In this document: positions 11,756 to 21,744 of the stretch, one piece after another
Position numbering within the stretch: the stretch's first letter is position 1
How the letters are laid out: each line of letters begins with the position of its first letter
Source: Leucoraja ocellata
Lineage: Eukaryota
Assembly (NCBI GenBank): GCA_036785375.1
Contig: JAWMAR010000001.1
Location: 10,230,001 to 10,294,000, forward strand
Reading direction: 5' to 3'
DNA length: 64,000 bases
The notes under the pieces: generated by a model
Told to the model about the DNA's origin: nothing
The model's input: only the letters and a program-made list of their open reading frames with translations
Database searches by the model: none
Program-made: the position numbers and the translations under genes

Positions 11756-12470
11756 GGCACAGGCAGTGTCTAAACTCGCATAAGGTTTATTTACTGATTT
11801 AAAAGAAAACGATGGATAGTTCCTTGTAGATATGGGGGCACAGTCCCTTATCTTCTGTGGGTAGGTGAGGAGGCACTGGGAGTCTCAGGTGTGTCCTGGC
11901 AGCTCAGTCTTCCTCCAAGCCTGCAAAGTGAGGCACAGTTAGTAGAGAGTCCTCCATTTTCTTCATTCCTTCTGACAGGAACAGCCTTACTAAGGAGTAG
12001 GATAGACTCGGTGCAGGTGAGTTGATCCAATCCTGGCTAATTAGACCCCAGCTGTTGTTCCTTTGCTGTGGCTTCATCTCAGCCTGGATGCTGTCTAGCA
12101 TGCCGGTGTTTTCTGGGAGCCCAACTCTGTTCATGGTGCTGGTTGTTGGCTCCTCTTGGCCTGTCTGCCAGTGATGGGGATCGGAGCAGCCCTGAGGGAG
12201 GTTGCATCGTCACAAACTTTATAACTGGCTTGTTCAAAGTGGCCTACTAATCTGAAATTGTTGAATTCAATATCATCCCCAGAGATTCAAATTGCCAGAT
12301 AGATAAGATACTGTTTCTCAAGCTTGCATGGGCTTCATTAAAATACTGGAATGAACCAAAGATGTGGAGGGCAGATTGGGCAATATGCAAAATTATAATT
12401 TTAACATATTAGTATACTGTCATATACTCCAAGGTGCAAGAAATGACTTGCTTGCATGAAGCTCATAGAG

Positions 12471-13441
12471 CAGCTTTTCTCAACCGGGGTTCGCCGGATC
12501 GCTAGGGTTCCGCGAGAGGTCGATAGGGATTCTGAGAGAAATAGTGATAAATAGGCTAATCATATGGAAATGCATTTTTGAGTCATTTTTGTGTTTAATT
12601 TCGTATTTGTAATTTTATTATACACGTACGGCATATTTAGCGACGTCTATTTAGCAACCTTATATTTAACGACACCTAAACAGCTCCAGTGTGAAATGGC
12701 CTTTAGTGGTCAGTGGAGTTGTACGTGACAGATTTGTGTATCATCAAGTGACTCACTCGAGTACAGGCACATGCACACTCTCCATCAGTCCAGTCTGTGC
12801 TTCCTGGCGTGCAGGATTATATAGTAATTTTTACCCATCATTTAGGGATGTCATATGAATTTATTTTAATTAAGTATGTTTGTTTATTTTTATTAGTTTA
12901 TCAAAAGTTTATTTATGTATGTTTTTGTTGGTTTATGAAAAGTTTATNNNNNNNNNNNNNNNNNNNNNNNNNNNNNNNNNNNNNNNNNNNNNNNNNNNNN
13001 NNNNNNNNNNNNNNNNNNNNNNNNNNNNNNNNNNNNNNNNNNNNNNNNNNNNNNNNNNNNNNNNNNNNNNNNNNNNNNNNNNNNNNNNNNNNNNNNNNNN
13101 NNNNNNNNNNNNNNNNNNNNNNNNNNNNNNNNNNNNNNNNNNNNNNNNNNNNNNNNNNNNNNNNNNNNNNTGTTTGTCTATTTGCTTCAGCTTTGAACAA
13201 GCAGTTTGATTTCAGTTATTTTTTTGGCATTGTCAATAAACTTTTGAAAAACGTGTTATTTTTTGCTTAAGCGTTATCAGAAAAATATATTATGTTTACC
13301 TTATGAACTTGAAGTTTATGAAAGTGAAAGAAAGGGATTACTGGGTAATAAAGATATATATAGTAATTTTTATGTAGGGTTCCCTGAGACATGAAAATTA
13401 TTTCAAGGGTTCCGCAAGGGTAAAAAGGTTGAGAAACGCTG
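12471..13441. mobile_element. Non-autonomous hAT (Charlie-like) DNA transposon
   Basis: TIRs CAGCTTTTCTCAACC / GGTTGAGAAACGCTG with a perfect 8-bp TSD TCATAGAG (12463-12470; 13442-13449); spans the gap 12948-13170. Confidence 0.92.
12948..13170. other. Assembly gap (N run)
   Basis: Continuous Ns. Confidence 1.
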
Positions 13442-13636
13442 TCATAGAGTAAACATTTACCCGGTAATGATAAATTCAACAATGAATACGATGAGAGCAA
13501 ATCAGCAGAATGGTGCAAAAATAAATAGTGTTAGAAGGAACAACAACTCTACTGGGTAAAAAGACAGGATTCAATTTTCTTACAACAAAGCCTGATTAAA
13601 CAAATTGCGGCACTTTCCTACCTGTTTTAACTTTAG

Positions 13637-13779
13637 GGTTACTATGGATATGTTTCTGATATGCAAACTGACCATCAGATCAAAACTGGAAAGGAGAACT
13701 TCATGAATAGCATAATAGAGCAAGACGAATTGTCAGCAAAAAAACGTCAGATAAAACCAATGTCAATCTGGATTAGTGG
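13637..13779 (+). CDS. MDH1B: MDH1B internal coding exon (143 nt, phase 0/2)
   Basis: tttag|GGT...AGTGG|gtaagg; GYYGYVSDMQTDHQIKTGKENFMNSIIEQDELSAKKRQIKPMSIWISG, aligning with MDH1B YY..TS.M...EN...I.P..VWIT; phase fits the neighbouring exons. Confidence 0.92.
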
Positions 13780-13814
13780 GTAAGGATGGATTGTATTTTA
13801 TCTCATAGTTGTAC

Positions 13815-15468
13815 TAGTTATCCCAACCTATGTTCAAGACACCTCAGACACTCTCCATCGTCTCTGGGCATTCCGCTCTCTAGGCCCCCATCCCCTCATC
13901 TTCACGATGGACGTCCAGTCACTCTACACCTCCATCCCCCACCAGGGGGGTCTCAAAGCCCTCCGGTTCTTCCTCGACCAGAGAACCTACCAATCCCCGT
14001 CCACAGATACTCTCCTCCGACCTAGGTTATTACCCTTAATAAATTTTTGTTTGACTCCTCCCATTTCCTCCAAATACAAGGCGTAGCGATGGGTACGTGC
14101 ATGGGCCCCAGCAATGCCTGCCTCTTTGTCGGGTACGTCGAGCAATCCTTGTTTGAGATGTACCAGGGCCCCATCCCCAACCTCTACCTCTGCTACATCG
14201 ACAATTGTAATGGTGCTACCTCCTGCACCCACACACAACTCACTGACTTCATCCACTTCACCACTAACTTCCAACCGGCACTCAAATACACCTGGACCAT
14301 TTCTGACACTTCCCTACCATTTCTTGACTTCACTATCTCCATCGCAGGTGATAGACTTCTGACCGACATCCACTATAAACCCACTGACTCCCCTGGCTAT
14401 CTAGACTACACTTCTTCCCACCCTGCTTCCTGTAAGGACTCCATCCCCTACTCCCAATTCCTCCGCCTATACCGTATCTGCTCCCAGGATGAGGTGTTCC
14501 ACACCAGGGCATCGGAAATGTCCTCATTCATCAAGGAACGGGGGGAGGGGGTTCCCCTCCCCTACTATAGATGAGGCTCTCACCAGGGTCTCTTCAATAC
14601 CCTGTAACACTTCTCTCTCTCCCCATTCCCCCACTCGTAACAAGGGCTAGGTCCCCCTAGTCCTCACCTTCCACCCCACTAGCCGTCACATACAACAAAT
14701 AGTCCTCCGTCATTATTTTCGCCACCTCCAACATGACCCCACCACTCACCACATCTTCCCATCTCCCCCCCCCCCCCATCTGCTTTCCGCAAAGACCGCT
14801 CCCTCCATAACTCCCTGGTAAATTCTTCCCTTCCCACCCGCACCACCCCCTCTCTGGGCACTTACCCTTGCAACAGCAAGAGATGTTACACTTGTCCCTC
14901 CTTGACTCCATTCAAGGGCCCAAGCAGTCGCTCCAGGTTCACCTGCACCTCCTCCAACCTCATCTATTGCATTCGCTGTTCTAGATGTCAGCTGATCTAC
15001 ATCGGTGAGACCAACACACGATCGTTTCGCCGAACACCTCCGCTCGGTCCGCAATAACCAATCTGATCTCCCGGGGCTCAGCACTTCAACGCCCCCTCCC
15101 ATTCTGAATCTGACCTGTCTGTCCTGGGCCTCCTCCATGGCCAGAGTGAGTACCACTGGAAATTGGAGGAGCAGCACCTCATATTCCGCTTGGGCAGTTT
15201 CCACCTCAGCGGCATGAACATTGACTTCTCCAATTTCCGGTAGCCCTTATTATCTCCTCCCCTTCTCAACTCTCCCCCAACCCTCTGGCTCCTCCTCTTC
15301 CTTTCTTCTTCCTGCCCCCCCCCACCCCACCCTACATCAGTCTGAAGAAGGGTTTCGGCCCGAAACGTTGCCCATTTCCTTCGCTCCATAGATGCTGTCA
15401 CACCCGCTGAGTTTCTCCAGCACTTTTGTCTACCTTCGATTTTCCAGCATCTGCAGTTCCTTCTTAAA
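13815..15468 (+). mobile_element. Penelope-like retroelement (RT + GIY-YIG remnants + pLTR)
   Basis: TMDVQSLYTSIP, QIQGVAMGTCMGP, YIDN (YIDD-like), HYKPTDS...YTSSHP, SIPYSQFLR; then NLIYCIRC...YIGET, RFAEHLRSVR; 3' pLTR with CTGAAGA...GAAAC. Confidence 0.92.
15336..15376 (+). ncRNA. Minimal hammerhead-ribozyme-like motif in Penelope pLTR
   Basis: CTGAAGA-A-GGGT(TTCG)GCCC-GAAA-CG-TT: core boxes plus stem II with a UUCG loop; stem I pairing is weak. Confidence 0.6.
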
Positions 15469-15669
15469 CAATTATTTCTTCCAGCTTGCTTCATAGAACT
15501 TCTTCCTCAACAATTGTCACAGCTTGTTGATTCACGCACATTTTGTACAATATTCAGGGCCTTTGCCTTGCAGTTCCACTGTGTAGTATGTATTTTGGGA
15601 TTTACCATAATAATCATAGTTCAGAAATTAATTAAAATCAAATAACCACTTGTTCTTTTGTGGAATTAA

Positions 15670-17190
15670 TGTCCCCTCTTTTTCTGATATGGAATGGTCA
15701 GACTTACCTTTATACCCCTCTGTCCCTACCTCAACAGGTTCCAGGCTTGCCAGGATGCAGAGCTCTTTTTTCGTCCTCCCCTCAGGGCCTTTTTCTATGA
15801 GAAGGAGTCATCACTGCCCAGTGATGACCTTACTCCATCTCCAATATTCTTCCTCCTCTTGGATTGTCCCTGCTGGCCTTCTACCCTTTTTATTTCTAAT
15901 TGATAGTGAGACATCAACCATCTTGACTTTTCTACTCTCCTTACCCACTCCAATCTCATCCCCTCTGGACAGAGACAGCCCTCATTTTGCAACAATCCTG
16001 ACTGTCATTAAACCTGCTGACAAAGGAGGTGCCATTGTTGTCTGGTGGGCTGATGGCTACTGTACTGAGGCTAGGCGCCAGCTCTCGGACACCTCCTCAT
16101 ACCTCCCCTTTGACAAACAGCAGGCCATTATCTCTTAGATGTTTCTGATTTCGTACATCTGGCAATCTCCCCTCCGCAGCCTCCTACCTTATCATTCTCC
16201 AGGCCCACATTGCCTGTTCTACCTTCTCCCTGTAATCCAAGCACAGAGCTGCCCTGGCAGACCCATTGTTTTTGCTTGCTCCTGCCCCACTGAACTCATC
16301 TCCACATACCTCGATTCTCTTCTGTCCCTTTTCTCCAAACTCTTCCCACCTATGTCCAAGACAGATCACATGCCTTCAACTCTTCAATAACTTTCCATTT
16401 CTAGCCCCCATTACCTCATCTTCACCATGGACATCCAGTCCCATTATGCCTCCTTCCCCCACCACAACTCTTAGATTCTCACATCCTTTCCCACTTCAAA
16501 CCAACCCCTCTCTAGGTACCTACCCCTGCAATCACATGAGATTTAACACCTGCCCTCCCTCAACTCCATCCAGGGACTCCAGCAGTCCATCCAAGTGAGA
16601 CAGAGGTTCACACGCACCTCCTCTAACTTCATCTGGTGTTCCTGATGTGGACTCCATGACCATTTCGCTGAACACTTGCCAAGGCCTGCTGGACCTCCTG
16701 GTTACTGACCACTCTAACAACCCTTCCCACTCCCATACTGAATTTTCTGGCCTGGACCTACTCCATTGCCAGAGTGAGGCCAATTTAAGGAACAGCACCT
16801 CATACGTATTTTGTTTGGGTAGCTTACAAACCAACGGTATGAGCATTGAATTTTCCAATTTTAGTTAACTCTCACAAACCCCTCCCTCACCCCATCCCCT
16901 CCATCTCCCCCCCCCCCCCCCCCCTTTCCTGCACTAAAAGTCAGTTATCTAGTTCCGCAGATCGCAACTTTTGGGATCATACCATCTCTAGCCAACAGTA
17001 AGCCTCCTTGCCAAAAGCCATCTGTTGCCAGCCCGATTTGTCTTGTTTTTTCCTTTTCTTCCAGTTTCTTCCCCCACTCTTCTGACTACAATCAGTCTGA
17101 AGAAGGATCCCGACATGAAATGTCATTATCGAATTTCTCCAGAGTTGTTGCCTAATCTGCTGAGTTCCTCCAGCATTTTGGGTATATCTT
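15670..17190 (+). mobile_element. Older, deleted Penelope element
   Basis: VIKPADKGGAIVVW, CPGRPIV..CSCPTELISTYLDS, TMDIQS, and a pLTR with a degenerate CTGAAGA...GAAAT motif. Confidence 0.85.
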
Positions 17191-17542
17191 TAGAAATATT
17201 TGGTTCAGCATTACACCAAATTGTGATCTTTCACTACTGAGCTGTCATGCAAGTTGTATATAACAGAAATTGTAATAAATATGTATAGCACAACAAAGAA
17301 CTATTTTTACCCAGTTCTTATGGAATTATTTCTCAAAGGCTTGGTAACCAACTTGGTACATATGAAACAGAATTGTTATTTCATTTTATACTTATGAATT
17401 TGGTTCTATTCAAGCTGTACTAATAAGTTAATAGCATGTGAGTCCCCTAGATATCTTAATAACATTTGTAGGTGAAAATAAACAATGGATAGCGATGGGT
17501 CATTTGTACATACTTAACATAAATTTGCTTCAAAATTTACAG

Positions 17543-18042
17543 AGCATTACATACTGCATGCAGTATTCTGATTCCGATCTTGATAAGTGGAGAGATATTT
17601 GGTGAGAACCAGCTAATCAACTTAAGTCTGTTGGACAATGAAGGCTCCATGTCATTGTTAAATGGCTTGCAAATGGAGGTTGAAGATATGGCCTGCCCAC
17701 TGCTTCATAAAGTATCAGTACAAAATAGCCTAAGAAAGGCTTTTATGGATGCCGACATAATTATTATTCTTGACGATATTGCACAAGATGAAAATCAACC
17801 AATTGAAGACTCCTACAAAGACATAGTCAATCTTTACCAAGACATTGGAGTTAGGATTGACACTTTTGCAAAATCTGGTGTCCGTGTGATTGTGGCTGGT
17901 GATCACGTATTGAATTTGAAAATACATAATCTTCTGCAAGGTGCATTTTCAATTGATCATAATAATATTATAGCACTATCAACTCAACTTGAGGGAGAGG
18001 CCAAGGCACTACTGGCAAGGAAATTAAAAGTGAATACACAAG
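17543..18042 (+). CDS. MDH1B: MDH1B large coding exon (500 nt, phase 2/1), NAD-binding-fold region
   Basis: ttacag|AGCA...CAAG|gtgggt; ALHTACSILIPILISGEIFG...EDMACPLL...VRVIVAGD...LEGEAKALLARKLKVNTQ (ORF 17580..18071). Confidence 0.95.
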
Positions 18043-18494
18043 GTGGGTGCATTTTGCTCTTGTTTTATTAACCTCTCTTTCTCGTGTAGTCATGCTTGCC
18101 TCTGAGTAAGTTTCATAACTTGAGGGACCATCACTTGCTTTCTCTATGGGGTTTAAGTTCCTTGAAATATTAATTTTATCCCTCTTATTAAACTGAGCAC
18201 AGTTCATCTATTATTTGGGAATATGTAAATTATGAGTGATTTCACATTTCTTAAGCATCCTCCCTTTACATAAAGATTTAGAAATGTCATTATTATTGAG
18301 TACTAATGTCACAGTGTTAAGCCCAATATTCCATTAAAATCACCTTAAATTTTCCACAAAATCATTGAAAGTTCCAGTTTGTGATATGAGCTACTTGCTG
18401 TAACTTAACAATTCTAAAGCCAGCATTTAATGATATTAATGAAAGAAATCCTAGTCCTGTAATCTCATCCTATTTTCCATATGTCCCTCATATC

Positions 18495-20552
18495 ATAGAA
18501 ACATAGAAATACATAGAAATTAGGTGCAGGAGTAGGCCATTCGGCCCTTCGAGCCTGCACCGCCATTCAATATGATCATGGCTGATCATCCAACTCAGTA
18601 TCCCGTACCTGCCTTCTCTCCATACCCTCTGATCCCCTTGGCCACAAGGGCCACATCTAGCTCCCTCTTAAATATAGACAATGAACTGGCCTCAACTACC
18701 CTCTGTGGCAGAGAGTTCCAGAGATTCACCACTCTCTGTGTGAAAAAAGTTCTCCTCATCTCGGTTTTAAAGGATTCCCCCTTATCCTTAAGCTGTGACC
18801 CCTTGTCCTGGACTTCCCCAACATCGGGAACAACCTTCCTGCATCTAGCCTGTCCAACCCCTTAAGAATTTTGTAAGTTTCTATAAGATCCCCTCTCAAT
18901 CTCCTAAATTCTAGAGAGTATAAACCAAGTCTATCAAGTCTTTCTTCATAAGACAGTCCTGACATCCCAGGAATCAGTCTGGTGAACCTTCTCTGCACTC
19001 CCTCTATGGCAATAATGTCCTTCCTCAGATTTGGAGACCAAAACTGCACGCAATACTCCAGGTGTGGTCTCACCAAGACCCTGTACAACTGCAGTAGAAC
19101 CTCCCTGCTCCTATACTCAAATCCTCTTGCTATGAAAGCCAACATACCATTCGCTTTCTTTACTGCCTGCTGCACCTGCATGCCTACCTTCAATGACTGG
19201 TGTACCATGACACCCAGGTCTCGCTGTATCTCCCCCTTTCCCAATCGGCCACAATTTAGATAATAGTCTGCTTTCCCGTTTTTGCCACTAAAATGGATAA
19301 CCTCACATTTATCCACATTATACTGCATCTGCCAAACATTTGCCTACTCACCCAGCCTATCCAAGTCACCTTGCAGTCTCCTAGCATCCTCCTCACACCT
19401 AACACTGCCCCCCAGCTTAGTGTCATCCGCAAACTTGGAGATATTGCCTTCAATTCCCTCATCCAGATCATTAATATATATTGTAAATAGCTGGGGTCCC
19501 AGTACTGAGCCTTGCGGTACCCCACTAGTCACTGCCTGCCATTGTGAAAAGGACCCGTTTACTCCTACTCTTTGCTTCCTGTTTGCCAGCCAGTTCTCTA
19601 TCCACATCAATACTGAACCCCCAATGCCGTGTGCTTTAAGTTTGTATACTAATCTCTTATGTGGGACCTTGTCAAAAGCCTTCTGGAAGTCCAGATACAC
19701 CACATCCACTGGTTCTCCCCTATCCACGCTACTAGTTACATCCTCGAAAAATTCTATAAGATTCGTCAGACATGATTTACCTTTCGTAAATCCATGCTGA
19801 CTTTGTCCAATGATTTCACAACGTTCCAAATGTGCTGCTATCCCATCTTTAATAACTGACTCTAGCAGTTTCCCCACTACCGATGTTAGACTAACTGGTC
19901 TGTAATTCCCCGTTTTCTCTCTCCCTCCCTTCTTAAAATGTGGTGTTACGTTTGCTACCCGCCAATCCTCTGGAACTACTCCAGAATCTAAAGAGTTTTG
20001 AAAGATTATTACTAATGCATCCACTATTTCTGGAGCTACTTCCTTAAGTACTCTGGGATGCAGCCTATCTGGCCCTGCGGATTTATCGGCCTTTAATCCA
20101 TTCAATTTACCCAACACCACTTCCCGACTAACCTGGATTTCACTCAATTCCTCCAACTCCTTTGACCCGCGGGCCCCTGCTATTTCCGGCAGATTATTTA
20201 TGTCTTCCTTAGTGAAGACGGAACCAAAGTAGTTATTCAATTGGTCTGCCATATCCTGGTTCCCCATGATCAACTCACCTGTTTCTGACTGCAAGGGACC
20301 TACATTTGTCTTAACTAATCTCTTTCTTTTCACATATCTATAAAAACTTTTGCAGTCAGTTTTTATGTTCCCTGCCAGTTTTCTTTCATAATCCATTTTT
20401 CCTTTCCTAATTAAGCCCTTCGTCCTCCTCTGCTGGTCTCTGAATTTCTCCCAGTCCTCCGGTATGCTGCTTTTTCTGGCTAGTTTGTACGCATCATCCT
20501 TTGCTTTGATACTATCCCTGATTTCCCTTGTTATCCACGGATGCACTACCTT
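18495..20552 (-). mobile_element. Young CR1 LINE, 5'-truncated (~2 kb of ORF2)
   Basis: ORFs 19344..20546 and 18756..19328 in one frame, split by a TGG>TAG stop; [35 protein letters not shown]; (TTTCTATG) tail. Confidence 0.95.
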
Positions 20553-20646
20553 CTCTATATCAAAAATTATCTTCTAATACAAATGTTAAAATATCAGTTC
20601 AGGAATTCATTATTTCATTATAAATATGCTAGTGTAAATTAAGATT

Positions 20647-20935
20647 GCATGGTGGCGCATCTGGTAAAGCTGCAGCCTCATAACGCCAGAGACCTGGGTT
20701 CAATTCTAACCCCAGGGTATTATGTGGAGCTTGCACGTTCTCCCTGTGACTGTGTGGGTTTTCTCTGCATGGCCTGGTTTTCTCCCACATCCGAAAGATG
20801 TGCAGGTTTGTAGGTTGGTTTGGCCTCAGTAAATTACCCCCTTGTTGTAAGGAGTGGATAAGGAAGTGGGATAGCATAGACACGTGTGAACAGGCGTGGA
20901 TTCTGTATACCGAATGGCCTGTTTCCATGCACCTC
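20647..20935 (+). mobile_element. V-SINE (HE1-like), diverged
   Basis: TGGCGCATCTGG / GGTTCAATTC boxes and a V-domain similar to 982-1286. Confidence 0.8.
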
Positions 20936-21744
20936 TTCATTTGTCTTGATAGTTACAAACAAGATTTTTTTTTTCGCTTTAGTTTTTGAGATGCAGCATG
21001 GAAAAAGGCAGTAGGTATTTGTGTGCAAGTCTGTGCTCTCTTGGTGTGGACTTTCTTGATTATGGACCAATCTGTCAATGTCAATTAATATGTGCTGTGC
21101 AGTGATCATTTCTCCAAAATACTACTGGCTAGAGCAAAGTTAATCCACAAGTAACCCTAGAACCCACAGAACTGCAGCGAAACCAAGTCATCCTCAACTC
21201 CTTCCCCCCCCCCCACAACTAAGGACTGGTTATGATGGAGTAGGTTAACTTATGGTAGGGGCTACTATTATTTCCATTCTATATTAATGGCACAGACAAA
21301 GGATGTATTATATAGAACTTTGCAGATGATACAGTGATTGGTGGGAATCTATATTGTTTTTAAGTTGAGAAGAATGTAGGGCACCTAGCAAAAAGAGTGG
21401 GGTTGGAGGGGTGGGGCAGTCATTTTGAACTGAAATATGTGGAGGCTTGATCATTGAAGAAGTTAAAATAGAAAGTAGATCAGGGATTTGAGGACTATGG
21501 GATGTGCCACGGAAAGGGATCAGAAGGCCTGAGCAGTTTACTAATAGTCGTATTATAGTTAGCAACTGATTTGGGCAGGTGCTTCCGGTATGAAATTAAT
21601 GAAAGGGTCATGGGGTTCCTGAATTGAAGAATGTGGCAGGTATATTGGAAGCACAGGGTAATGGTAATGATGATGATGACATCATGTAACTGAGATGGAG
21701 AAACTGAACTGATAGACAAGAATCCATACAGAAAGAAGGTGAAT

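Larger units (their letters stand above)
7040..12214 (-). mobile_element. Degraded Gmr1-like Gypsy LTR retrotransposon (5' LTR, PBS, SCAN-type gag, INT before RT), multiply interrupted
   Basis: 5' LTR TGTGAC(12214)...GCCACA(10509); PBS TGGTGGAGAGTGTGGGC (tRNA-Ala-like) at 10491-10507; gag remnants TFELTAEREGW...LTGEAQQAY (~9170-9310) and EVVDHAVMDHYLRSLP (~8770-8820); integrase VLFAIREVSQSSIGFSFFELLY and a GPY-like tail (7180-7620) followed by an RT-start-like ML*VDVIE. Confidence 0.72.

Noticed and set aside
12797-13270. ORFs inside the hAT element as a transposase
   Set aside because: Mostly Ns; no transposase motifs, and the element is under 1 kb as assembled.
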